From: Eledone cirrhosa | Taxonomy: Eukaryota | DNA length: 64,000 bases | Assembly: GCA_964016885.1 (NCBI GenBank) | Contig: OZ024741.1 | Location: 330,708,001 to 330,772,000 of the forward strand | Direction: 5' to 3' | Part shown: piece after piece, positions 15,742 through 29,217 of the stretch | Position numbering within the stretch: the first letter of the stretch is position 1 | Layout of the letters: every line of letters starts with the position of its first letter | Program-made: the position numbers and the translations under genes | The notes under the pieces: model-generated | The model's database searches: none | The model's input: the letters and a program-made list of their open reading frames with translations, nothing else | What the model was told of the DNA's origin: nothing

Positions 15742-16630
15742 CATCATCATCATCATCATCATCAACGTTTAACGTCCGTGTTCCACGCTTGCATGGGTTT
15801 GGACGGGGGCAGTCCCACTTGAGGCAAGAGTGATTGTCTTGCTCGCATAGGACTGTCTGGCAGGTTTTCTACAGTTGGATGCCCTTCCTAACACCAACCA
15901 CATTTACAGTGTGGGTCTGGGAGGTTTTTACCGTGTTGCCTACACGGCCACATTACAGCGTGGACTGTGTGTTTTTTTGTCGTGACACCTACACGATCTC
16001 ATTTGTTTCGGCCTCGATGGCGCGGCACCAACATAACTTTACATAGAACGGGGTGGTGTGGATCGGGTGGGGGTGGTGGTGGTGGGACGGGGTGTATTTT
16101 GTTAGAGATGCCTACTGGCTGGAGTAGGTTTTACTATATATTTAGGTAAGGCGGGTCTTCTCTGTTACTGAGTACCGCCAAAGGTCTCGGTCCAGTGACA
16201 TTGTCTTGGAGAGGTGTAAGTGTGTGATGTCGGAGTTTATCAGCTCGTCCCAGGTTTTTCTAGGTCTGCCTATTCCGTGACTACCGTCTATCTTTATTGC
16301 CCTGCACTTTGTTATACAGCTATCGACTTTCATGCGCATCACGTGTCCATACCAACGTAGCCTTCTCTCGAGTAAACAACATCTGATCCCTCTTATCTCT
16401 AATTTTTTCCTTAGTTCGTTTATGCTTTGCCGTTCACGTATATTACTGTTACACATCCAGCGGAGCATGCAAGCTTCGTTCCTCTCTAGTCTGCGTATAT
16501 CCTCTGCACACAATGCCCAGGTCTCACTGCCATGCAGCATTGCTGTTCGTATGCAGGCATCGTACAACCTGCCTTTCATTTTTAGTGAGAACCCTTTAGC
16601 AGCTAATAGTGGTATAAGCTCTCTGAACTG
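15742..16630 (-). mobile_element. RTE-clade LINE 3' fragment
   Basis: FRELIPLLAAKGFSLKMKGRLYDACIRTAMLHGSETW...GRPRKTW; (CAT)n tail on +. Confidence 0.9.
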
Positions 16631-16649
16631 TGTGTATATACATATATAT

Positions 16650-16751
16650 AACATGGTAGAGGAGGCTATATATATATATATAAAACATGGTAGTGGAGGC
16701 TATATATATGACATGGTAGAGGAGGCTATATATATAACATGGTAGAGGAGG

Positions 16752-16811
<60 letters not shown>

Positions 16812-16822
16812 TAGTGGAGGCT
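16650..16822. repeat. Minisatellite ACATGGTAGAGGAGGC(TA)n
   Basis: Five copies separated by variable TA runs. Confidence 0.8.
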
Positions 16823-17249
16823 CTATGTAAACAACATAAAAGGCCTGATGGATTTTGACCTTTGGTGAGACCCTTAGTTTAGAACAATGAAGATTTAGTC
16901 TTTTTACTAATGTTACATGTTACAACTTTTTCACATTTTATGTCAGCCATTCCTTTAGAAAAACTACACAAACCTCTAAGATGCATTTTCCCCCACCACT
17001 AAAATATAACTGCAAGCTTTCTTCCTATTTAGGAAATGATTACATGAAAGATATATCACAAATTTGTGTACTCTTACTTGTTTCAGTCATTAGACTGCGG
17101 CCATGCTTGGGCACTGCCTTAACGAGATTTAGTCGTTCATATCAATCATGGCATTTAGTTTTTCAAGCCTGGTAATTATTAACTATATTGATCTTTTTTT
17201 GTTGAGTTACTAAGTCACGGGACATAAACAGAGACACACACACACAATC

Positions 17250-18810
17250 ATCATCATCATTGTTTAACATCTATCTTCCACGCTAGCATGGGTTAGAGGG
17301 GTTTGTCTCGCTCATATAGGACCGTTTCTGGCTGTACAGCTGAATGCCCTTCCTAGTGCCAACCACATTTACAGTGTGTGCTGGGTGCTTTTTGCTGTGT
17401 CTCCTACACGACCACTTTACAGTGTGGACTGGGTGCTTTTTGTCGTGACACCCACTTAACTTTATAGAGAAAGGGTGGTGTGGGCGGAAGTGGGAGGAAG
17501 GTGTAGGGGATGTGGGGTGTATATAGGATTAAGAGGTGCTTACTGACTGTAGGTTTAAGTTCATACGCAAGGGAAGGCGGGTTTTCTGTATTACTTCATC
17601 CAAGATCTTGATCCTGTGACATTGTCTTAGAGAGGTGCAAGTGTGCAAGGTAAGCTTTTATCACCATGTCCCAGGTTTTTCTGGTTCTACCTACTCTGTA
17701 GCTTCCATCAATTTTGATCACTCTGCATTTTTTTATACAGCTGTCGTCCTTCATACGCATCACATGACCATACCAACGAAATCGCCTCTCAAGTAAACTG
17801 CATCTGATCCCTCTTATGCCTAATTTCTCACTTAGTTCATTTACGTTTTGCCGTTTGTGTATATTACTATTACACATCCATCGGAGCATGCATGCTTCGT
17901 TCCTTTCCAATCTGTGCAGATCCTCTGTACACAATGCCCAGGCCTCATTACCATGTAACATTGCTGTTCGTGTACAAGCATCATACAATCTGCCTTTCAT
18001 TTTTAGAGAGAAACCTTTTGTGGCCAACATCAGTATTAGCTCTCTGAACTTTTTCCATCCAGTTCTAACTCTGGCTACTGTACTTTCAGAACACCCTCCT
18101 CCACTGCTGATTTTGGCACCCAGGTAACGGAAAATGTCTACACTTCTGTTATAGCCTGTAGGGCAATAATAAACAAGAGAGGGCTATGGACGGAACCTTG
18201 GTTAACACCTATTTTTACGCTAAATTCTTCACTATATTCATTGTTAATTCTAACCTTGCTGACTGTTACTCTATACATGGCTTGTATAGCTCTCACAAGC
18301 CATTTATCTACACCTAATTTGTTAAGAGTCCACTAGATAATGGAGTGAGGGACTCTGTCAAAGGCTTTCTCCAAGTCAACAAAAGCTAAGTAGAGGGGTT
18401 TACTTTTAGCTAGGTACTCTCCTGTAGTTGCCGTACAAGGAAGAGAGCATCCGTGGGACTGCATTTCATCTAGATCAATTCGGTCTCTAATCAGTTGTGC
18501 AATAACTTTTTCTGTGACCTTCATGACCTGGCCAACTAACTTAATGCCTCTATAGTTTTCTCTATCTAGAGTGTCTCCTTTGCCCTTGTAGCAATTAATG
18601 ATGATGCTGTTATGCATTACATGGTTTACTATCCAGGTGACCATGGTATGCCCCACCATTCCAGATGCTTTCAACATCTCAGCAGCTATCTCCGAAAGCC
18701 CAGCTGCCTTGCCTGTCTTCACATCTTTGATTGCCTTACTACAATTAACTTGCACAGCTGGTCCCTCTGTTGGATCAATTTGGGGCAGACTATCTCTATC
18801 CCATTCATTC
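17250..18810 (-). mobile_element. RTE-clade LINE fragment with internal deletion
   Basis: CYKGKGDTLDRENYRGIKL, FVDLEKAFDRVP, KGRLYDAC; jumps over the YADD region near 18150. Confidence 0.88.
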
Positions 18811-19194
18811 ATATATATATATCATCATCATCATCATTTAACATCAATTTTCCATGTTAGCATGGGTTAGACAGGTTGTTCCATTTGAGGCAAGTTGGAT
18901 CAGGTGACCATGTCTTACTCATATAGAACTGTTTCTGGATATATATAACGGGCTTCAACAATTTCCACCTATCAAATCCTGTTTCAGGATATAAACAGAC
19001 ACACACACATTATATAAATATAAAACAGGCTTCTGTAATGTCCATCTATCAAATCCCGTGCATGAGGGATTGGTCAATTTGAGGCTATAGTAGAAGACAC
19101 TTGCTCCAAGGTGCTACACAGTGGGATTGGACCCAGAATCATGTGGTTGTGAAATGAACTCCTTGACCACACAGCAGCAATGACTGCTTTTATT

Positions 19195-19330
19195 TTAGCA
19201 TATACAGTAACCTAGGAATTGACAGGTAAGTCCTAAGTATAAAAAAAAAACCTTGATGGGGCTCAATTGCCTCAATATTTTTTAATAGTTGCTCGAGGCT
19301 AACTATTTTGGATAGAAAAATGGGTTTGAA
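19195..19330 (-). mobile_element. Short CRE-like non-LTR RT remnant
   Basis: IEPHQGFFFILRTYLSIPRLLYML resembles IDSHPALFLLRNCFAIPNLLYTL at ~34600-34670. Confidence 0.5.
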
Positions 19331-21577
19331 AAACTCTACTTCATATATTAAGTACTCTTTCCTTTGCTTGTAAACCACGTAAATATTTTGAATGGTCATA
19401 AGGGCAAGTCAACCTCTTTAGTATTGGTGATCTACATGATAAACGGACTCGGTACACACTGTAAAGTAGTTGGTGATAGGAAAAGCATCTCGCTGTAGCA
19501 AAATCTCTTCACACATACTGATCCCCAAATGACATCTGGCTCTTTATCTTGGTTGGCATCAATAGTCTGGAACGGCTGGCCAGCTTGAGGTGAAGTGAGA
19601 TTAAGTTTTTCTTTGGGTTATTCAACTTGGTTCCTTAAAAGAGAAGCATAACTTCAACTTGTTCAAGCAAGCAGCGAGATGTCGCGCTTAGCAAAACACT
19701 ATGGCCCTGTTGACAAGGGCCCGACAGCAATTCTTCCATTGGCACTTCAACCACACAGAGAATCATCTGCCTTTTTATATAGACAACATAGCTCACTTGC
19801 CACTGCAAGTTTACCTATGCTGGTAATACTGTCTGTAACACCGAGGCATTTTTTAACACTGTATTCATTTGTGAGTGCTACCATCAAACTTTATATTTTT
19901 ATGATTCAAAGTAATCTTATTCTTTTTCCTTTTTACTGAAGTGAAGTAAAGTTATACATCTAACCAAAATTATTGGTATTTGTCGTGTTTATCATCCGCT
20001 TCCACAACCCCAAAATTTCGCTTCACAGCTACATCAAACTTGTTAGCAAAGGGGTTAGGAGGACTCTTCAGCTGTGTCAAAGACATGGCAATCTCCCTTC
20101 TAATTTTTACACTATTTTTTAAAGCCAACTATGTTGGGGTAGAGAATCAAATATTTTAAGGTGGCATGAAGGGGGTATGGAGAAAATGTTTAGAGCCTGA
20201 CACAGTTTCCTCTCATCGAGTTATTTAACTACAGATCCACCCTAATAGAGTAGGTCTATAATTATGGGCATTCTAGTCGTGGTTACTTATAGGAGTAAGT
20301 AGAACATTAGCCAATGTTCGACGATTTTTTGTTTTAGGCAAACGCGATGTAAACCAGGACTTTGACCATTTTTAGAACGGAAGTTACGCATTAGAAATAC
20401 ACACACATAATGAAATATATATGTATATCTATCTAAAATGAAATATATATGTATATTTATTTATCTAAAATTATATATATAATTTGGAACATTTTCTTTT
20501 ACTAATTAAGTCCTGCAATATTTCTTTGATAATATTAATAAAAGATTAATAGATGGCAATTGAAAATGGTGAAGAACTGAGGAAACCCGGTGATTGCAAC
20601 GAGGGGAACGTGGATTGGGTGTCTGAGAATCACCAAGTAGAGATACCCTCAATGGTTAGATATATTATTTGAGGTGGATTTTTAAGCCTCAGAAAATAAT
20701 TTTGAAAACGCGTCTACCCACATATTGAAAGAATAGGGTGGCACCCGAAATATAGTTTAGACTACGCAGGTGTCTAACAGGTTTAATAGTAGTTATAAAA
20801 GTTCTTGTTCTAAATCAGACAACATCCAGGATTGTTCATGTTGAAGTTTTTCTGGCTATCCAGTTTTTGTATTGATAAGTTTTATTAAGGTCGAGTCAGT
20901 GTCCTGCTATTCTGGCGTTTCACTTGTATGGTATAATTACAGGGTCTTCACCGACAGAACATTATATACATATATTACTACTATAGCAAAGCAACACATT
21001 TGTAAAGGAATAAATACAAAACGACTTCCTGCAACGGGTACATGCATGAAATGAAATGAGAAAATGACATTTTTAGCTCATTCCTATGTTAAGTTTAGCT
21101 AACCTCCTACGAGGTTAAATCTCATAAAAGGTTTCTCGGGTGTTTTAATGATAGGGGATGACCCAGTCCCATCAAACTTCCATGCTTGGTACTTATTGAT
21201 TGAACTCAAAAGATTAGTGGTACAACATGAACTGGGGGCGTAGGGCGAAAAATCTAAAACGTAAATACTGTGAAACAGTTAGTTTGGGGGGGCCCTACCT
21301 ACCTTTTATGCTTTTTCAAGAAATAAAAATCTTTAAAAGTAGTATAGACATAATCTATTATATATAACAGAAAATGGTTTGCAAATCAAAATGTTCTGCG
21401 TATATTATCGTATTTTTATTTTGCCTCGATGAAGCGTGAATATCGTTATACTTTACTTCTACAGTTTATATTCTATACGTAGAATACTAAAATATATATA
21501 TATTTTCGTTGAACTATAATCAAGGATGATTGGGAAAAGTTGGATACAATATAATCGAGAAGTTTGTATAGACTTAC

Positions 21578-21710
21578 CTAAATAAGGTTTAACAAGCGTG
21601 TGTTCTCTTTTCAGGTAATCTTTCGTGTTCCATTCCCCCAAGACTGTAGAAAAGGTGGTAAATAGAAGAGTGAAGAGAAAATATTCGATACAGACCGCTA
21701 GAGAAGCCAT
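21578..21710 (-). CDS. LMAN2: VIP36/LMAN2-family L-type lectin, coding exon 1 (signal peptide and start of lectin domain)
   Basis: ATG at 21710; MASLAVCIEYFLFTLLFTTFSTVLG-EWNTKDYLKREHTLVKPYL(G); KREHxLxKPY is the family N-terminal motif; donor G|GTAAGT at 21577. Confidence 0.88.
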
Positions 21711-21831
21711 GTTTAGTCTTACAGAAAGATGTAACAACGTGATTCTATCCCACAATGCCGAGACACTGTTATCTTTTTAGACCTGGTTACACGCCTCGCT
21801 GTAGCTAGATTACACACACACATACATATAT

Positions 21832-21878
<47 letters not shown>

Positions 21879-22045
21879 AGAGAGAGAGAAATGTATATAT
21901 ATATATATATATAAAGAGAGAGAGAAATGTATATATATATACACACACACACAGATATACAGATCATTAAGTATGAAATGTCCGATTTCAAATTGAAAGT
22001 GCATAAGGAAATCGGACATTTCATACTTAACGACTTAATATATAT

Positions 22046-22081
<36 letters not shown>

Positions 22082-22084
22082 GTG

Positions 22085-22435
22085 TTTCTTTATTAGCCAC
22101 AGGGGCACAAAAGAAGGGGACAAATACAAAGGGGGAAGTTTACATACAATAAAAACGTGTAAAATGTTATCACGAATGCAATTTAAAAAATTAGTCGATT
22201 TTCCCCAATAGGGAGAGACAGTTCATATGGGTAACACATACCCCCGAAAAATGTGAAACCCTCATCTCCAAGAGTACGAAGAGTTTGTACTCCTTTCCTC
22301 CTCCTTTTCCTCAACCTACAGGCTGATATAGAGAGAAGGCCCTTCACTCGGGCCATTCTCGCCACTTTCACCCACCTTTCATAAAACATGCTGGGGTACA
22401 GCACCTCTCTCTCCATCCTGATTCTTCTTCCAAAC
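22085..22435 (-). mobile_element. Tx1/L1-like LINE 3' end
   Basis: [25 protein letters not shown]-terminus followed by 3'UTR and AATAAAG; bounded by microsatellites. Confidence 0.55.
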
Positions 22436-22450
22436 ACATATATATATAAT

Positions 22451-22523
<73 letters not shown>

Positions 22524-22568
22524 TATACACACACACATATATATATATACACACACACATATATATAT

Positions 22569-22611
<43 letters not shown>

Positions 22612-22633
22612 TATATGTGTGTGTGTATAAATA

Positions 22634-23757
22634 TCATCATCATCATCATCGTTTAACGTTCATGTTCCATGCTTGCATGGGTTTGGACGGGAGTTTTCCC
22701 ACTTGAGGCAAGAGTGGTTGTCTTGCTCGCATAGGACTGTCTGGCGGGTTTTCTACAGCTGGATGCCCTTCCTAACACCAACCACATTTACAGTTTCGGA
22801 CTGGGAGGTTTTTACCGTGTTGCCTACACGGCCACATTACAGCGTGGACTGTGTGTTTTTTGTCGTGACACCTACACGATCTCATTTGTTTCGGCCTGGA
22901 CGTTGTGGCACCAACATAACTTTACATTGAAAGGGGCTGTGTGGATGGGGTGGGGGTGGTGGGACGGGGGTGTATTTTGTTAGAGATGCCTACTGACTGT
23001 AGTAGGTTTTACTTTGTATTTAGGTAAGGCGGGTCGTCTCTATTACTGAGTACCGCCAAAGATCTCGGTACAGTGACATTGTCTTGGAGAAGTGTAAGTG
23101 TGTGAGGTCGGATTTTATCAGGTCGTCCCAGGTTTTTCTGGGTCTGCCTACTCCGTGGCTACCGTCTATCTTTATTGCCCTGCACTTTTTTTATACAGCT
23201 GTCGTCTTTTATGCGCATCACGTGACCATACCAACGTAGCCTTCTCTCGAGTAAACAACATCTGATCCCTCTTATTTCTAATGTTTCCCTTAGTTCGTTT
23301 ATGCTTTGCCGTTCGCGTATATTACTATTACACATCCAGCGGAGCATGCAAGCTTCGTTCCTCTCTAGTCTGCGTATATCCTCTGCACACAATGCCCAGG
23401 TCTCACTGCCATGCAACATCGCTGTTCGTATGCAGGCATCATACAGCCTGCCTTTCATTTTTAGAGAGAACCCTTTAGCGGCTAATAGTGGTATAAGCTC
23501 TCTGAACTTTTTCCATCCAGTTCTGACTCTAGCTACTGTACTTTCAGAGCACCCTCCCCCACTGCTGATTTTGTCACCCAGGTAACGGAAGCTGTCCACT
23601 ATTTCTATAGAACCCTCTGCGCAATTGAAAGAGCTAGTATTTTGTTGGCCCTTGCTGCTACTTATTGCACCAGAGCACCGGCCACATGTAAAATCTATGT
23701 TCTTAGTTAGCTTACTTATGATCCCACTACATCTTTTATGCACCCATACTTTGCCTT
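22634..23757 (-). mobile_element. RTE-clade LINE 3' fragment
   Basis: HKRCSGI...CGRC, FRYLGD, KGRLYDACIRTAMLHGSETW; (CAT)n tail. Confidence 0.9.
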
Positions 23758-23970
23758 TGGCAAACCTGTTAGTTTTTTCGTTGCTCTGGTATTGTATGTT
23801 AGGTTTTGCCTACCACAATGTTCAATTTGTCAAGCTATTTAAACGTATGTTGTTACTCTCCTACCCTTATTGAGTGCTTTGCTAACTCATTCATATTGTA
23901 GGTCGACTTTGCTTGCCCACAGCCAAAGCTTCTGTTTTACTAATCTTCCACATGTATATATATATATATA

Positions 23971-24171
23971 TGTACCAACTGTTGAGTACTACTTATCTGA
24001 TATATGCATAGTTTTATTGTTCTACAATATTGTAGAACAATAAAACTATGCATATATCAGATAAGTAGCACTCAACAATTGGTACATATATATATATATG
24101 TACCAATTGTTGAGTGCTACTTATCTGATATATGCATAGTTTTATTGTTCTACAATATTACTCACCTCCTA
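23971..24171. repeat. Direct-inverted-direct triplication of a ~58-70-bp Penelope-like terminal segment
   Basis: Palindrome centre at 24028/24029, second centre in (TA)n 24086-24099; 57/70 identical to the reverse complement of 28761-28830. Confidence 0.8.
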
Positions 24172-24519
24172 TATATATGTGTGTGTATATATATTCCCCG
24201 TCTAACACATGCTAGCGTGGAAGAACGGACGTAAAACGGTGATGATAATGATATATTAAGTCCTTAAGTATGAAATGTTCGATTTCCTTATGCACTTTCA
24301 ATTTGAAATCGGATATTTCATACTTAATGATCTGTATAGTGTGATCTGTGTGTGTGTGTATATATAACTTTGATAGGTTTCGGCCAGTATTGGCCCAGGC
24401 CATGTCTAACTTAATAGCACCATATATATATATACATATATATATCATGATCATCACTGTTTAAACGTCTATTTCCTATGCTTGCATGGGTTAGATGGGT
24501 CACTCACGTCATGAGACAA

Positions 24520-24900
24520 GTCTGGCCAGTTGGCCGCACCATACCCTGCTTATATCGGAACCATATTTTGGGAACCGGGTGGTCCCATTATGAGGAGGGT
24601 CTGGCCAGTTGGCCGTGCTGTACTCTCCTCACATTGGAATCATAATTTGGGAGCTGGGTGGTCCCATTATGAGGCAGGTCAGGCTAGTTTGCTACGCAAG
24701 GCCTTATTCACAGATGTTACTGGGTGGTCCTGATATTAGACACATCTGGCCAGATGGCTGCGCCATACCTTATCGGGACTGTGTGTTGGCTAGCGGGAAT
24801 GTGTTGGCTAGGAGGACTGTATCTTGGGACCTATTGGTCCATTATGAGGGAGGTCTAGCCAGTTGGCCGTGCCATGCTCATAGTGAGTCCATGCTTTGGC
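24520..24900. repeat. Degenerate ~66-bp tandem repeat
   Basis: GGGTGGTCCCATTATGAG...TCTGGCCAGTTGGCCG recurs several times. Confidence 0.6.
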
Positions 24901-24953
24901 TGGGTACGACTGCTGGTTGCCCTTCCTACTGCCACTCATATATACATACATAT

Positions 24954-25042
<89 letters not shown>

Positions 25043-25065
25043 CATATATATCATCATTTCATCAT

Positions 25066-25395
25066 CATTTCATTTTACGTCTGCTTTTCCCTGCTTGCAA
25101 AGGTGGAACGGGAACTGATTCTAGCTTGATTTCTACAGCTGGATGCCTTTCCAAACACCAACCTCATTTACAGTGAGTGCTGGGTGGTTTTTTGCCATGG
25201 CACCTCCACGACCACTTTGCAGTGGAATGATAAGGACCCCAGTCCCTATCATCTCATTTCTACAGCTGAGTAAACTGGAGCAATGTGAAATAAAATGTCT
25301 TGCTCAAGGAAACAACATATCACCCAGTCTGAGAATTGAACTCACAACCTTTCGATTGCAAGGCCAATGCTCTAACCACTAAGCCATGTACCTCC
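25066..25395 (-). mobile_element. Composite tRNA-derived SINE (family B) with RTE-type 3' tail
   Basis: GGCTTAGTGGTTAGAGC...GAGTTCAATTC head, CCTTGAGCAAGACA core, GGGACTGGGGTCC hairpin, RTE 3'UTR and GAT tail; copies at 30809-31187 and 56725-57071. Confidence 0.8.
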
Positions 25396-25456
25396 ATATA
25401 AATATATATATATACATACATACATACATACATACATACATACACACACACATACA

Positions 25457-25703
<247 letters not shown>

Positions 25704-25780
25704 TACCCACTCTACTACCCTAAGTATTGAGTACTTTGGTGCATTATGGTCCACCTGGTTCCTTACCACATTTCCTTTGT

Positions 25781-25876
<96 letters not shown>

Positions 25877-25879
<3 letters not shown>

Positions 25880-27100
25880 GAACTCCTGTATGCAGATGAC
25901 CTCGCACTTATAGCTGAATCTATGGTAGAACTAGAGAAGAAATTCCAAACTTGGAAGCAGGGACAAGAAAGAAAGGGTCTCAAAGTCAACATGACAAAGA
26001 CTAAGGTCCTTGTAAGTAGATGAGAAAACAGAACCCAGATCCCCTCAGAGAAATGGCCTTGCTCAGTATGTAGGAAAGGTGTAGGTAGGAACTCCATGCT
26101 CTGCCCCAAATGCAAACAATGGGTACACAAGAGATGTAGCGGGATCTCAGGAAGCTTAATTAAGAATGTAGGCTTCACATGTAGCAGCTGTGCTGGGACA
26201 ACAAGCAGCAAACAGCCACAGGAAACAAGTACCACCAATCTCTTGTAGGGCTCTGTAGAAACAGTAGACAGCTTCTGCTACCTAGGTGACAGAATTAGCA
26301 GCGGAGGTGGGTGTTCAGAAAGTACAATAACTAGGGTAAGAACGGGATAGAAGAAGTTCAGGGAACTACTGCCACTGCTAGCTGCAAAAGGCTTCTCCCT
26401 CAAAATGAAAGGCAGACTGTATGATGTGTGTATCCGAACAGCAATGTTACATGGTAGTGAGACCTGGGCGCTGAAGCTGGAAGACTTACGTAGATTAGAA
26501 AGAAACGAAGCCTGCATGCTCCGATGGATGTGTAATATACAAAGCATAAATGAATTGAGAGAGATACTGAGCATCAGAGGAATCAAATGCTGTGTGCAGG
26601 CGAGGCGGATGCGTTGGTATGGACATGTGATGCGTATGAAGGATGACAGCTGCATAAAAAGGTGTAGAGCACTAGAAGTCAATGGAAACCGCGGAGTGGG
26701 GAGACCCAAGATGACCTGGGATGATGTGATAAAAGCCAACCTTACTCAATTACACCTCTCAAAGGCAATGACACACAACCGTGACCTCTGGCGTCACGCA
26801 GTAATACAGAGTACCCGACCTCCCATGGGTACAAGCTGAAGCATATAGACAATATGCCCCCCCCCCCCCCACACACACACTGCAAAGTGGTCGTGGAGGT
26901 GCCACGGCAAAAAAGCACCCAGCCCACACTGTAAAGTGGACGTGTAGGCGCCACGGAAAAAAGCACCCAACACTCACTGTAAATGAGGTTGGTGTTAGGA
27001 AGGGCATCCAGCTGTAGAAATCAAGCCAAAATCAGTTCCTGTCCTACCCTTGAAAAGCGGACGTAAAATGATGATGATGATGATGAATGATGATGATGAT
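25877..27100 (+). mobile_element. RTE-clade LINE 3' fragment
   Basis: [38 protein letters not shown]; (GAT)n tail; 5' end inside (TA)n. Confidence 0.9.
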
Positions 27101-27108
27101 ATATATAG

Positions 27109-27290
27109 TAATTGTTTCTACTTTAGGCACAAGGCCAGCAATTACCCAGTGCATTACTGGTACTTTATTTTATCGACCCCGTAAGGATGAACGGCAAAGT
27201 CAACCTCGGTGGGATTTGAACTCAGATCGTAAAGGGACGTAACTATGCTGGAAAGCATGGCGTCCGACCCTCTACCGATACTGCTAATCC
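27109..27290 (-). mobile_element. tRNA-derived SINE (family A)
   Basis: Near-identical to 4552-4732. Confidence 0.85.
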
Positions 27291-27357
27291 ACATAGTAAT
27301 AATAATAAATTTGAAGACTAAAATCCAAAGATTCTTTGCTTAAACTTTAATCTGTTA

Positions 27358-27425
<68 letters not shown>

Positions 27426-28164
27426 TATATATATATGTAGCTAGCTCTCTCTCTCTCTATCTATCTATCACTTTTCAACTACACTAGGTAAATGATTTTG
27501 AGTTATTACCTCTTGCAGTTGGTATTTGAGATTGTGCCACACATTTTTGGCCTTGGATTTAATTTATTGAAGTGTGTCCTGAAAATAGGGGAGTGTGGGG
27601 GGCTATCTGTGTGCTTGACATTCTATTTTATCTGAGTGTTGAAATAGGCAGTAAGAATGTTTGGATTATCTTGTCTGGGGTTGATGGGAAGAGGCCAGAT
27701 GGTTGTAACCCTTTGCCTCTGGGTAAGAAGTAGATGTCTTGTTTGGGGTGCCACAGTTAGCAACTATTTTGCTCCTTACCACATCTTGGATGCTGCAGTA
27801 AAAGTCAGGCTAGTCTGTAATCAAACAGAATAATATTCTAAAATACCAAGAATTATCAGCAAATTATTTTTTTACTCTAGCTTGTGGCATTCAAGACACA
27901 TAGGGTAGCTGAACTGCTGACAATGAAGTTCTTGTCATCCAGAGCACAAAACTGTAGTAATGCTAGAAAACCTCTCATTAGTAACAGTAATGTGAAGGTG
28001 CATGGCTTAGTGGTTAGAGTGCTTAGCAAGGTTTCAAGTTCAATTCTTTGGCATTTGTTCCAGCTCACTGCACTCTGAGTTCAAATCCTACCAAGGTCAA
28101 CTTTGCTTTTCATCCATTTGAGGGCTAATAAATAAAACACCATTCCAGAGGTTGAGGGTTGGTG

Positions 28165-28358
28165 GAATTGTACACAAATACACAAAGACACCCAGACACA
28201 TACACATGTACACAACACACAAAGACACACACAGACACATACATACATACATTAACACACAGAGACATACACAAACACAGAGACACATACACAAGCACAC
28301 ATACACAAACACACAGACACATACACACACACAAATACACAGAGGCACACTCAGACAC

Positions 28359-28400
<42 letters not shown>

Positions 28401-28415
28401 ATTACACACATTACA
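28165..28415. repeat. (CA)n-rich low-complexity tract
   Basis: Degenerate CA/GA repeats. Confidence 0.85.
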
Positions 28416-28647
28416 TATGTCACCTCAAATAGCCACCAAATTATGAAACGCTACTGTTTTAAGGTATCTCTCTCATTCCAGTTAACAATAGATATAGAAT
28501 TACCATGATAACAGATTTTGACATAACTTGGTTTAATGACTCATATATATATAGAGAGAGATGTTACAGACAGATATTAAAATGTTCAGATTTTGGATTT
28601 TGTAATTCAATCATTCTAAGATAAATATCTTAAAAAGACAGTATTTC

Positions 28648-28678
<31 letters not shown>

Positions 28679-28705
28679 TATGTATATCTTATAGTCAGTA
28701 TTTTG

Positions 28706-28759
<54 letters not shown>

Positions 28760-28885
28760 GTAGGAGGTGAGTTTTATTGTAGTACAATAAAGCAATGCAG
28801 ATATCGGACAAGAAGTACTCTACAGTTTGTAGGACTGGAGTATATATAATATATAAGAACAAAAGATGGTTAAAAGAGTTCCATG

Positions 28886-28956
28886 TATTTTATTATGCGC
28901 ATTTCAAAAACAAATATCATCATGCAATAATATTTGTGTTTTCATCAGATAAAACA
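28886..28956 (-). ncRNA. Type I hammerhead ribozyme (mirror copy)
   Basis: Reverse complement of 29075-29145. Confidence 0.78.
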
Positions 28957-29074
28957 GGAGGACATGATATGAAGGTTAAAAAACACTTGTGGATAGTTCA
29001 GTTTTAAATCAACATATGTTGATTTAAAACTGAACTATCCACAAGTGTTTTTTAGCCTCCATATCATGTCCTCC

Positions 29075-29145
29075 TGTTTTATCTGATGAAAACACAAATA
29101 TTATTGCATGATGATATTTGTTTTTGAAATGCGCATAATAAAATA
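29075..29145 (+). ncRNA. Type I hammerhead ribozyme
   Basis: Stem I TGTTTTAT/ATAAAATA; CTGATGA 29083-89; stem II ACAAATATTATT-GCAT-GATGATATTTGT; GAAA 29126-29; palindromic stem III A-TGCGCA-T; AUA cleavage triplet ending at 29137. Confidence 0.8.
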
Positions 29146-29175
29146 CATGGAACTCTTTTAACCATCTTTTGTTCT

Positions 29176-29217
<42 letters not shown>

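Larger units (their letters stand above)
28841..29190. mobile_element. Spacerless 350-bp palindrome of a Penelope-like terminal repeat, with a hammerhead on each arm
   Basis: 175-bp arms, centre 29015/29016, two mismatches seen; flanked by (TA)n. Confidence 0.8.

Noticed and set aside
20908-20963. Hammerhead-like motif on - strand (GTGAAGA...GAAACG)
   Set aside because: Core CUGANGA and the UH cleavage site are not intact; could be chance or a very old relic.
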